A stretch of DNA of 64,000 nt, from the NCBI GenBank assembly GCA_040954595.2, contig CM082590.2, positions 1,736,001 through 1,800,000 on the forward strand, read 5' to 3'. This document shows positions 30,485-42,900 of this stretch, piece by piece; the stretch's first letter is position 1, and each line of letters opens with the position of its first letter. Position numbers and translations under genes: made by a program. The notes beneath the pieces were generated by a model, which was not told the origin of the DNA, did no database searches, and worked only from the letters and a program-made list of their open reading frames with translations. This DNA is from Balanoglossus misakiensis (Eukaryota > Animalia > Hemichordata).

Positions 30485-32224
30485 ATGGAACTCGAAAAGA
30501 TCGTCAGCACAGATTACATCCGGAAATTGGTTAAACAAGGGACTTCTTACGGTAAAATTAGTACTTTGCTAGCTGTCCAATATCCAAACATGAGGGGGAT
30601 TTCGGAGAGAAGTGTCCGAAGATACTGCGCTGTTTTCAATATCCACCCACCAAACAACTTTGAAATCGACTCAACCGTGAATGAGGCTGTTTCTGTACTA
30701 GGTCCGTCCTATGGTACTAAAATGGTTCAAGGTTTCTTAAGGTCACAGGGAATTAACCTAGGTAAACGTAGGTTGCGATTGAGTTTACGTAGAGTTGCCC
30801 CGGATTATCACGAAGCTCGTCGACGTGACATCATACGGCAAACAAATCCTATCCCATACTACTCTCCTTACCATGGACATAAAATACACGTCGATCAGAA
30901 TGAGAAATTGGTCCATTTTGGCGTAACCCACATAGTATTTTCCGACGGGTTCAGCAGGAAGATATTAGGCGTTATTACGATGCCCATTAAAAATCCCATA
31001 AAAATATACTCTCTATACCGAAGCATTGTGCTACATCATGGTTTATGGGATATGCTACGGTCAGATCATGGGACTGAATTCTGCCTTATTAAATTTGCTC
31101 AGTGGTTACTGAAAGATCTTCGAGGATATAGGGACTGCGAGCCATACATGCAGACACCATCGACTGACAACCACATGGCAGAGAGACTATGGGTTGAAGT
31201 AAATCAGCGCGTCAATTATCCGCTGAAAAACGCGCTAATTGATCTACAGATGAGGATGGTTATCAACATGGCTGACCCATTGCATAAATATGCTGTGTCC
31301 AGCGTTTCTTGTGCTGTTTCACAAGCGGGTATACACATATTGATGGAATCATGGAACCACCACCCTATTGAAGGTAGGAAAAGTTCGAAACATATAACTA
31401 TGATACAGCTGACTTGACTTTTTTTAATGGTTCCTTCCTTCTTTTAGTATGTCGGGGGTGGCGAAAAAATGTCCATCATTTTTTATTCCTCCCTCCAGAA
31501 GTGTTTGTGAACGTAGCCTTAGTTCATGATTTGTGTCTCCGGCATAACAGACAGATTTTTATAATCATATTGACCGCAACGCTGGCGCGGCTATATCATT
31601 TTAGTCAAGAGGTGGCAATGATCAAGAGGTGGCAATCTCCTCCGATTCCGAGGATATGGCGAACAACTAACTATGAAAGCTATTTTTCGCAATGCCCTAA
31701 AACATGTTCATTTCTGTAGTAATAATTTTTATCACGCGTTTACATTTCAACGCTAATGTATTGATTTTTGTTTCCAATCAAAATGGCGAAAGCACAAATG
31801 CGTTGCAGTCGATGCGTGTGTGAAAACGATTAAATAATTATATGAATTAATCTAGCTGATTAAATTTGCTATACAATCTCTCTCATTCAACTTTTTGGGT
31901 GTAGTAGCGAGAATACCAAACAATTTAGCGATACAAAGTGACAGAGCATCGAAGATTCCACCACAGTCAATCCCAACAGAAGAGGAGATCGTTGAACTAT
32001 ACGAAAACAACGGAAGGCGACTAACAAGGAGAAGTGTGTTTGGCGTCGACACCCTGGCTACTTCTCCAGCATTACAACTCGAACGGGAAAGGCATTTTCG
32101 ATCGCAGAGTGAATCTCCACGAGATATCTATTCATGCCTTGCCCATGGTGACATTCAGCCATTTGAGACAGCCTTGAAACTGTACATTGCTCTTTCCCAG
32201 CAACTTGCCGTCGATCATCTGTGA
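30485..32224 (+). CDS. DDE transposase, integrase-core (rve/IS3-like); two exons 30485-31373 and 31905-32224, ~402 aa
   Basis: Catalytic-type motifs HVDQNEKL, RSDHGTEF and NHMAERLW; N-terminal HTH-like GISERSVRRY. Donor GAAG|GTAGGA and acceptor GTGTAG| are both phase 1, and the join (1209 nt) is in frame. An alternative acceptor lies 3 nt downstream. Confidence 0.85.
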
Positions 32225-32789
32225 TTTGAACACTAACGCATATCTGAATGCGATTGGATTGAATGTTCTCACAGTGCAAGCTGTACCATTATAAGTTGTA
32301 TTTCTTCGAGTTCATAGTGACACCTGTATGTGATTTTGTATTGGGTTTTTCACTGCCAAAGTTATGCATGCACTGTACTTATCTGTGTTTCATAGAAACA
32401 ATACCTGTATACAGTTGGAAACGATGGGACAGCCAAATGAGAATAAAGTTAGCGAGAGTTCTAAAACATAATTGCCGGGTTTTTTTTTAAAGAAAACTAA
32501 CATATAAAGGGATGGTCAGAGAACAGCATCCCTCGTGCAGTCTTCAAATCGTGATATTGCCCTCGCTATCATGTGTTATTATTTAATTATGGTTCACACC
32601 CCTACCAAAGCCGCGTTCCCGCATCTCAAACATGCAGTGGTTCTCACGTGCAGTTGATGGAAAGAAACCAATAATCTCAAAGTATTCATGTGGCGGTTTG
32701 GTTTGATTAAAGTGAACATGCACTTTAGACGAGTCGCGTCATGAAAGTTAAAAATAGACTCTGCTGGGGTGCTGTACACTTCATCTATT

Positions 32790-32983
32790 CTGGTTCCCTG
32801 ACCCTATTCTCTAGCGAGAAAATGGGGCCAGGGAACCAGCTGGACTACACTCGCACTTCATCCCCATTGAGAGAAGGTGCAACGCCTCCAGGTGAGTCTC
32901 GTTCCCTGACCCCATTCTGATTCTGGTGCTACACTTCGTGAGTGTAGCGCCAGCAGCGGCAGAATAGGGTCAGGGAACAAGGC
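32790..32983. repeat. Two adjacent small palindromic elements (32790-32839, 32896-32983)
   Basis: Shared arms GTTCCCTGACCC(T/C)ATT / AAT(A/G)GGG(T/C)CAGGGAAC; the second has an inner stem TGGTGCTACACT/AGTGTAGCGCCA. Confidence 0.75.
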
Positions 32984-33214
32984 AAGGTCGCGAGGCTTAT
33001 TTTTAAAATATGCAAATAAGAAATTAACATATACATGTAATGCATAAAAATATATGAAACTGCAACCGATGTCGATGTAGCTCTGAAGATTTGGGTCAAA
33101 ATCAGGATATTCACGTTCGGATATACGGCCCAAAAAACGTTAATCTTTATGCAATGACAATGTTCATCAAACTTGTAGAAAAATTGGATATCAACAGAAA
33201 CAATGTATCTGTGA

Positions 33215-33838
33215 CAGTGAGGGTAATTAAGGCGGCGAGATCAAAGAGAGCTATTTGAATGTGAACGTCACTGAGTGGCAGTTACGGCCGGTTCGAAAAT
33301 TTTTCAAACGGAGATTTTCGGTACTACAAGTGATCGTAGTGCATCCATTTTTCTAAGACGTGTATGAAACACCACAGTCAATGATAGGATGATTTTTCGT
33401 GAAGTTTTAACGACGCGTTCCCCAGAAAGACAGTTTCGGTATGTTGATTGAAATTGTGGTCCCTGACTCACGGAACAGATTTCTTGTCTTGAAAAAAATA
33501 GAGGAGTTTAATAATGTTTCTCAAACCTGAGGGGGTTAATTTTTGTGTGGGTGTGGCAGATATATATATGTATATATATATATATATATTTTTAACTTCA
33601 AGGTCACTTTAAATTTCGTGATCACAATTTTGTCAGTGGAAGTAAATAAATTCTTCTTGATAAAACTTCATGAAAAATCACATGTAGTACACTCATAGTA
33701 CCAGAAATGGGTTGCAAGTTGCTAAACTTTCGTTCTGAAAAAAGTTGAAAAACTGTATGCAAATGAGGAATTCAAATGTTACTGGCCAGTTCAAGTGTTT
33801 CCATTGCATAATCCCCTGCTGCTTAATTACCCTCCCTG
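33215..33838. mobile_element. Degenerate foldback MITE with central (TA)n
   Basis: CAGTGAGGGTAATTAAG ... CTTAATTACCCTCCCTG ends; inner inverted match TGATTTTTCGTGAAGTTTTA / TAAAACTTCATGAAAAATCA; no TSD found. Confidence 0.65.
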
Positions 33839-35489
33839 CGACCAGACTGTGACTGGTCGGATTATCTGAAGACTGTTAAGCTATGGTTAGAACCTGTAAT
33901 TGCAAAAATACTTTGTTAAACATGCCTATTGATTATGATTCGGATGTAATGCATAACAATATCTGATACCAATAATTTTTCTACTCTTGTGGTCATGTAC
34001 CTGTTATGTTTTGGTAAATATCAGAAAAAATATGATGAAATTTAGCTTTATTGCAAAAATGCAAATGAGCAAATCATTAAGAAACCTCATCCTCCAAACT
34101 TTTAGCAAGGTTAAAATAGAGCATGATCTTTTGCAAACATTTCATTGAATTTGATTGATATGGCCTAAGCAAAAAATTCATGCAAAGTCCTCTAAATTGT
34201 GCGAGCCATGTCCATCATAATCTAATCAGATCTAGATCTCCCCGTGGCAACGCTATGTACCAAGTCGTACTTTTAGCTCAGTGGTTTTCAAGTTAGCATG
34301 CTAACAAAGGAGCTGTTGGTAGGTCTTACCTGCGCGCTTTTAGTCAGTGGTCTAATGTGAGCATCCCCTGCCCTTAAAATGTCGCACTCCAGGAAAGTTA
34401 TTTCAATCTGTACAGATGCTCTGTAAACGAAATGTCGGAATTTTCTTTTTGGATGCATGCAAACTTGAGGAAAGTAACATTTCACCAAATAGTTGCAGAA
34501 TTACCACCAGGCACATTACAAAAGAAATTTGGCATATTGCGGAAACTTATGTGCTCGAATGTTTGACAGTTCATTATCAGTATTCTTGCAACGCTAGCCC
34601 TACCACTAGTAAATAGCGCCCTCTACCAAATAGAACCTGAAATACTTTTTTTTTCAGATTATCGAATACTGTGTTACAGCCCCAGTGCCCCACAGGGGAA
34701 AGGCTGTAAACTTTGAGGACTTTAAATAAAATTGTTTTGCGTATCATCCACTTTCACTCCCCTAAAGTACATTTATATCCCTGCACCAGAATAGACCTGT
34801 ACTGGTCATTTTGCTATGTTTGTGGGAGATACAAAAACACGACACAACCAGAATCGGCGAAAATAGCCAAAAGATCTTGGCACTTTATTGCAAAGTTAAC
34901 AAAGATAATAAAAAAATCCTCGCCAGTTGCCTGCCTCAATAAAACAGCAAAACCTCAACACGGGAGGTACAGGTTTAAAGGTCAACTGGCGAGGAAAATT
35001 AACATAACAAATATAGCCACAAAGTCACGTGACTAATTACAACTTCAAAGGTCAGGTGCACGAGTACTCTTGGGCCTCAACCACCGTGCCAAGTTTCAAA
35101 AGCGCAACTGCAGCGGTTTCTATGATCTACGCGGCCGAAAGAACGACTCAAGAAGAAAAACTCCAGCAATTACAATTGGGGCCCAAGTGCCTGAGAATCT
35201 CCCAAAAATGTGTTGGCCTAAAAACGTCTCTTAAAACTACAATACAATAATAAGAAGTAAAGATACAATTGGATGAAGCCCTAGACTGCAATTTTTGGTC
35301 GTTTTTTTTCAAATCCAGGATGGTTATGAATGGCGAAAGTGGTCTCCATTTGATAACCGACCCCAAGGCTAGCACATATGTAACATTCGCCCTTGGTGAA
35401 CCTTTCCTTTAATTTTCTGGTTTAAGATTTCTAAAAAATAGCCTGACATCACTACTAAAATAGGTACATGTATGTATCAACAAGTACAG

Positions 35490-38084
35490 CTATTCCTGAA
35501 AATCGTCATCGCTTTCGCTTACACGAAAAGGTGGTTGGGAGGGAGAAGAAGAAATGTTAACAACATCATCTCTTAGAGCTGTAGCTGCAGCGATTTCATC
35601 ATCTGTACTCTTATTGTAATACATTTCTATGTTCTCTAATCCACGGAGGGGTTGAGGATTGTCTGGAATACCCTTTCTACAGTTTGGACATTTATCAAGC
35701 CGCACTATGCATTTCATGCATCCGACAACTTTGTTGCATCCACCAATCACTTGACAAGCATAGACCGGAAAGGAGACTTCATCAAGACAGATCATGCACG
35801 TCAGTTTGTTACCAGGGTTACTTGACGAGGGCATCTGCAAAATAGAAACATTGATTTAATTCCACTAACATCCATTCAGGAAATGTATACCTGGAAATGT
35901 AGTGTTTTCATCCAGGATGGATGCCTCATATACATACCTCCTTCGTCCCATTACGGGGGAAAAAAGGGTTCGAAATAGCTTGCACAGTAAGAGCCAAATC
36001 AATTATCAAATAAACTCACACCATGGCATAAAAATTTTGATTGGATCAAGAGATACGCTTTTTATCACTTACAGTTTCTTTATAAATTTGACATAAATCC
36101 ACGTGCCTTACAGTTGAGCCAAATACGTTTTGGAGCGTACTTATCAACACAAGAGCGCGTTACATAACATCGACGAGTTTGTTATTGATCAGTCAGGTTT
36201 ATGAATAATTCTTTTAGTTTCTTTGCATTTGTCTTATAATAAATTGCAATGACAACCTTTCTTAGAAGCTACGATTCAGTTATGTATAACACAATACCAC
36301 AACAATCGCGCTGACAAATAGCGCCCTCTTACAGAAAATGCATTATTTTTCAATTTGTCAAAAAATTACATTTTAGTAAGGATATCCTGCCAATATTTAT
36401 ACTGTATAAAACATACTAAATACGCAGCCACACTGTGCAGTTAGTATACTTTTGATGACAAATAAGTCTTTCAATGAATAACTCGGAAAAGCAGCAGAAA
36501 CAGCGAGAATGTAAAGTTACGGGCAGTCTCTCGAATCCGAAAATGAATCCGAAACCGAAAACAAATTTAATGTCGGCTATTGCACGTTTGTCCTGCTTCA
36601 CAATTCACAATTATTGAGAAGAGCTACAAAATCTTGACCAGGTTATCAGTACCGTTGTAACTAGAGCTACATTTTGCTGGTTTGAAAAAAAAATATTTAA
36701 AAAATTTCGCTCGTTGCTTCTGAAACTTGACCCCAAAATCAGATGACTTTACAACTGTGTGCATATTAAATTGTCAAAAGTATAGATTCTTTCCCGCTTT
36801 CATTTTTGAATCTTAACAAAAGACAACCCCGTGTTATTACTGTTACAATACCTCTCTCAGTTGTTTTTTTATGTCAGCTATAGCCTCAAAGATATCATTG
36901 TCGGCGCGTCTCTTTTCTCCAGACGGCTTTCCCTTCTTGGAATTCTTCTGGGCTAGATACTCCTGTTTGTTGACTGCGTATATTTTTCTATTACCTCTCC
37001 AAAATGAAATTTCTGCAAATACGGCAACACAAATGTTAAAGATTTTACATTTGTAGAATAAGTTTTAATTAATCGCCATCGTCACACAGTGGATACTAGC
37101 ACATATTCATTCAATATACGAGAGTTTTATCAGCGAAACTAACGAACATCGGGGCATCGTTTGCCAAGTAGGTACGGAATGAGTTCCGAGCCCGGTCCAG
37201 CAAGTAAAAAGTGGATAAACATCGTCGACAGTCACTCCGCATCGAAAACGGAGCGATATCGCCAAATCAACTGTGTCGACGCCGTCTCCTATGGGTCGGA
37301 TATATACCCCACTCCGTCCACACACACCATCGAGGAAAGTTGTGGGCGACGGAACTGCAGCACATGGGGGCTATAACTAAGGGGAAAATTGAAAAGTATA
37401 CAATAAATTACCTGCGGTTACTTCTGAGTCCTTTATTTCGTTGCCAGAACTGTCCACTAGAACAAGATTTTCCTCGTCTTCCCCAGTTTCTCCAGCAACC
37501 AAAACTCTCACTTCACTGGGGCGGCATCTGCCCTCCATGACTTTTATGTATAGTGAGTCGCCATCCACTAGCCGCGATTTTGGGCCGAACGATGCCAGCA
37601 GGATATGCCGTGAGACTGACGGCGCACCAGTTCGATTGGAGTTTTTTTCCTTGGTCGTCCCAGGCGGTGGTACTCCGAGGCTACGTCCTCCGGTAGGTCC
37701 CGCAATACCGCTCTGTCCACGATTAAACAAAGGGAACGAGTCAGCTCTACTCAAGAGTGGAAAATCCGGCGTTGTCATGGTTGTGTAGCTGCTGGAAGGG
37801 GTAGGACTATTCAGAAGACTGCGATGCCGGGTTGGGCTACTGCTTAAACTTGTTGGGTTACATCTGACCCCTCGGACCTCGTATATTTTAGTGTTTCCGG
37901 CCCCTACGTTGAAGAACCCATCTTCCTGCCATACCACCTGCCGAATCGCAAGATCGGTGTTTTCTTCGACCAAATACATGGACGTCGCATCAAAAACATT
38001 CCCCGACAGCATGTTCAGTTGAACAACCGTTACCGGCGATTTAAGTTCAAAAATCTCGTCGCATACTCTTATGCGAATCGCCAT
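35490..38084 (-). CDS. Transposon accessory protein with C-terminal Cys8 RING-like finger; three exons 38084-37412, 37012-36852, 35834-35490, ~392 aa
   Basis: Canonical GT-AG sites with matching phases (GCAG|GTAATT...TTGCAG|AA; GAG|GTATTG...TTGCAG|ATG) give 1179 nt with no internal stop. Join reads DSEVTA-EISFWRGNRKIYAV. Last exon has CMIC-x10-C-x5-C-x5-CMKC-x6-CPNC. Confidence 0.82.
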
Positions 38085-39029
38085 TTTCGTTTAATTCAGC
38101 GCAGCCACGTATTAAACCTTCAATGCCACCCTGAATGCCACAATGTGCCATGCGAACTAAAACAAGTTTGCTTGAACTTCTAGAACTAATTAAATATTGA
38201 TGAAAAGTAAAACAATTAACCAATGAGATACCGGGACAGGATTCAAGAAACGCCTATGCCTGATTTATGTAAATTTTGCTGCTTTCATAGCGTGGGAACG
38301 TCCACTTCTTCACTAATACATGTCCCAAATATAGCAATATGTAAACCTACCGTTAAGGAGAAATCGTTGAATATATTCATAAGACGAAAACATTAAGCCA
38401 ATGGGATTTTAGAATGTAGAGTGAAGGGTGTGTCTATGACCTTCATGAAATTGACGTATTGATCTTTATTGTCAGAAGGGTTGTCACGATTGAGTTTTAA
38501 CGATCATAGATCTTGTTTATGATTAAGTAAGAAGTCATTCACTTGTATGGTTTTAGTCCAGTATTGACATAGGTACTTGACCCAGAGTAAACAAGATTGT
38601 GTAATTGATACATGTAAGAACGAGATAGAGATATCACGCGCTAAGTTCATGTTTAAGAAATATTAAGATGACGTGTTACTTTTATGACTTAATACTTGAC
38701 TAACGTATTAATAAGGTGTGGTGAAATTTGAGATCACACTATTATAACGGGAGATCCGTGATGAGAGTCAACGAGCATGGATCGAGTCGTGTAATTCTTA
38801 CGTGTGACCAGTAATAAACCAGAACTTTGTGTTACTCGGAAAACTTGTTGCAAGTCTCTGTCTACGAAAGGTTTACGATCTGCCGGGTACCTCTCTCGGA
38901 CTTTATGAATATGTTAGGTGGAGAAGGAGATGGAGAGAATGTACGCCTTCAGCCTTCGGACGTGGTTGATTCCCCACAGAAGCGTCCAGGAGGTGAGCGT
39001 CCGAAGGACGGCGGGCGGGCGTAATAACA

Positions 39030-39046
39030 TGGTGTTAGAATCCGGG
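39030..39046 (+). promoter_or_regulatory. Putative primer-binding site
   Basis: Begins TGG (complement of tRNA CCA) immediately after the LTR's CA; resembles the TGGTGTCAGAAG tRNA-Leu-type PBS. Confidence 0.65.
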
Positions 39047-39078
39047 TAGGCAGAGATGTTGCAACTGATTCCTGAACC

Positions 39079-39099
39079 GAGAAGTAAGAAGAGAAAAAG
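39079..39099 (+). promoter_or_regulatory. Putative polypurine tract
   Basis: GAGAAGTAAGAAGAGAAAAAG immediately 5' of the second LTR. Confidence 0.7.
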
Positions 39100-39642
39100 T
39101 GTCACGATTGAGTTTTAACGATCATAGATCTTGTTTATGATTAAGTAAGAAGTCATTCACTTGTATGGTTTTAGTCCAGTATTGACATAGGTACTTGACC
39201 CAGAGTAAACAAGATTGTGTAATTGATACATGTCAGAAGGAGATAGAGATATCACGCGCTAAGTTCATGTTTAAGAAATATTAAGATGACGTGTTCCTTT
39301 TATGACTTAATACTTGACTAACGTATTAATAAGGTGTGGTGAAATTTGGGATCACACGTTTATAACCGGAGATCCGTGATGGGAGTCAACGAGCATGGAT
39401 CGAGTCGTGTAATTCTTACGTGTGACCAGTAATAAACCAGAACTTTGTGTTACTCGGAAAACTTGTTGTAAGTCTCTGTCTACGAAAGGTTTACGATCTG
39501 CCGGGTACCTCTCTCGGACTTTATGAATATGTTGGGTGGAGAAGGAGATGGAGAGAATGTACGCCGTCACCCTTCGGACGTGGCTGATTCCCCACAGAAG
39601 CGTCCGAAGGAGGTGAGCGTCCGAAGGACGGAATAACAGGGT

Positions 39643-39969
39643 CATGGGAACGTCGGATGTATTCCCTTAAAAACATAGCAAAATGTAACAATGTAGCGTT
39701 GGTTAATAGCTAGCTCCCTAACTTTCCAGTAAAAGAACACACGATTTGCAGAACTGTGAAACCCTGTTTGTATTTCGATTTTTGAAAATAGAAAAACGAA
39801 ATACAATATCAACACCCAAATACCAACTTGTAGATTCACTCGACATTTTAGAAAGTGAATACGTTATAGTGATTCGGTATTCGAAACAGACGGAAACAAC
39901 GTCAAATAAGGAATCGGTTGGTCTGAATTACAGATAGGCGTTTCACTTGGCCGCAATTAGCCACGGACC
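39643..39969 (-). repeat. Right terminal inverted repeat, outer part (inner part ~38391-38477 displaced by the LTR insertion)
   Basis: Reverse complement of the left end with scattered mismatches. Confidence 0.9.
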
Positions 39970-42900
39970 CTATAGACACATCATGTACATGGGCATGAAT
40001 GCAAGAATGGACACAGATCATTTATGAAGTCAATGTGAACAACTTTACTTGAAGTCAGTACATTGTAAACAGAATACCACAGTTGTAATAATTTGTCTGG
40101 TCACAATATGTCTACAGACACGTCATGTACATGGACATGAATGCAAGAATGGACACAGATCATTTATGAAGTCAATGTGAACAACATTACTTGAAGTCAG
40201 TACATTGTAAACAGAAGGCCAGAGTTGTCATAATTTGTCTGATCACAATATGTCTATAGACACATCACGTACATGGACATGAATGCAAGAATGGACACAG
40301 ATCATTTATGAAGTCAATGTGAACAACTTTACTTGAAGTCAGTACATTGTAAACAGAATACCACAGTTGTAATAATTTGTCTGGTCACAATATGTCTATA
40401 GACACATCATGTACATGGACATGAATGCAAGAATTGACCCAGATCATTTATAAAGTCAATATGAACAACTTTATTTGATGTCAGTACATTGTAAACAGAA
40501 TACCAGAGTTGTAATAATTTGTCTGGTCACAATATGTCTATAGACACATCATGTACATGGACATGAATGCAAGAATGGACACAGATCATTTATGAAGTCA
40601 ATATGAACAACTTTACTTGAAGTCAGTACATTGTAAACAGAAGACCAGAGTTGTCATAATTTGTCTGATTACAATATGTCTATAGACACATCACGTACAT
40701 GGACATGAATGCAAGAATGGACACAAATCATTTATGAAGTCAATGTGAACAACTTTACTTGAAGTCAGTACATTGTAAACAGAATACCAGAGTTGTAATA
40801 ATTTGTCTGGTCACAATATGTCTATAGACACATCATGTACATGGACATGAATGCAGAATGGACCCAGATCATTTATGAAGTCAATATGAACAACTTTATT
40901 TGATGTCAGTACATTGTTAACAGAATACCACAGTTGTAATAATTTGTCAGGTCACAATATGTCTATAGACACATCATGTACATAGGCATGAATGCAAGAA
41001 TGGACACAGATCATTTATGAAGTCAATGTGAACAACTTTACTTGAAGTCAGTACATTGTAAACAGAATACCACAGTTGTAATAATTTGTCTGGTCACAAT
41101 ATGTCTACAGACACGTCATGTACATGGACATGAATGCAAGAATGGACACAGATCATTTATGAAGTCAATGTGAACAACATTACTTGAAGTCAGTACATTG
41201 TAAACAGAAGGCCAGAGTTGTCATAATTTGTCTGATCACAATATGTCTATAGACACATCACGTACATGGACATGAATGCAAGAATGGACACAAATAATTT
41301 ATGAAGTCAATGTGAACAACTTTACTTGAAGTCAGTACATTGTAAACAGAATACCACAGTTGTAATAATTTGTCAGGTCACAATATGTCTATAGACACAT
41401 CATGTACCAGTACATGGACATGAATGCAAGAATGGACACAGATCATTTATGAAGTCAATGTGAACAACTTTACTTGAAGTCAGTACATTGTAAACAGAAT
41501 ACCACAGTTGTAATAATTTGTCTGGTCACAATATGTCTATAGACACATCATGTACATGGACATGAATGCAAGAATTGACCCAGATCATTTATAAAGTCAA
41601 TATGAACAACTTTATTTGATGTCAGTACATTGTAAACAGAATACCAGAGTTGTAATAATTTGTCTGGTCACAATATGTCTATAGACACATCATGTACATG
41701 GACATGAATGCAAGAATGGACACAGATCATTTATGAAGTCAATATGAACAACTTTACTTGAAGTCAGTACATTGTAAACAGAAGACCAGAGTTGTCATAA
41801 TTTGTCTGATCACAATATGTCTATAGACACATCACGTACATGGACATGAATGCAAGAATGGACACAAATCATTTATGAAGTCAATGTGAACAACTTTACT
41901 TGAAGTCAGTACATTGTAAACAGAATACCACAGTTGTAATAATTTGTCTGGTCACAATATGTCTATAGACACATCATGTACATGGACATGAATGCAAGAA
42001 TGGACACAGATCATTTATGAAGTCAATGTGAACAACTTTACTTGAAGTCAGTACATTGTAAACAGAATACCACAGTTGTAATAATTTGTCTGGTCACAAT
42101 ATGTATACAGACACGTCATGTACATGGACATGAATGCAAGAATGGACACAGATCATTTATGAAGTCAATGTGAACAACATTACTTGAAGTCAGTACATTG
42201 TAAACAGAAGGCCAGAGTTGTCATAATTTGTCTGATCACAATATGTCTATAGACACATCACGTACATGGACATGAATGCAAGAATGGACACAAATAATTT
42301 ATGAAGTCAATGTGAACAACTTTACTTGAAGTCAGTACATTGTAAACAGAATACCACAGTTGTAATAATTTGTCAGGTCACAATATGTCTATAGACACAT
42401 CATGTACCAGTACATGGACATGAATGCAAGAATGGACACAGATCATTTATGAAGTCAATGTGAACAACTTTACTTGAAGTCAGTACATTGTAAACAGAAT
42501 ACCACAGTTGTAATAATTTGTCTGGTCACAATATGTCTATAGACACATCATGTACATGGACATGAATGCAAGAATTGACCCAGATCATTTATAAAGTCAA
42601 TATGAACAACTTTATTTGATGTCAGTACATTGTAAACAGAATACCAGAGTTGTAATAATTTGTCTGGTCACAATATGTCTATAGACACATCATGTACATG
42701 GACATGAATGCAAGAATGGACACAGATCATTTATGAAGTCAATATGAACAACTTTACTTGAAGTCAGTACATTGTAAACAGAAGACCAGAGTTGTCATAA
42801 TTTGTCTGATCACAATATGTCTATAGACACATCACGTACATGGACATGAATGCAAGAATGGACACAAATCATTTATGAAGTCAATGTGAACAACTTTACT

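Larger units (their letters stand above)
38482..39638 (+). mobile_element. Non-autonomous LTR retroelement (TRIM-like): LTRs 38482-39029 and 39100-39638, 70-bp internal region
   Basis: Both LTRs run TGT...ACA. 4-bp TSD GGGT (38478-38481, 39639-39642). PBS-like TGGTGTTAGAA directly after the 5' LTR, purine tract directly before the 3' LTR, AATAAA in each LTR. Confidence 0.9.
29578..39969 (+). mobile_element. 10.4-kb TIR DNA transposon with integrase-like DDE transposase and RING-finger gene (IS3EU-like architecture)
   Basis: Ends GGTCCGTGGCTAATTGCGG...CCGCAATTAGCCACGGACC, flanked by CTATAG on both sides. Long TIRs and two convergent spliced genes. The superfamily label is an inference. Confidence 0.9.

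Noticed and set aside
31414-31719. 101-aa ORF after transposase exon 1
   Set aside because: Falls in the predicted intron and has no motif.
33900-35230. Possible Helentron/HINE-like fragments (also ~37110-37380)
   Set aside because: Only a vague resemblance; boundaries and diagnostic ends cannot be supported by eye.
38482-39638. Simple tandem duplication
   Set aside because: TG..CA ends, PBS, PPT and TSD indicate an LTR element instead.
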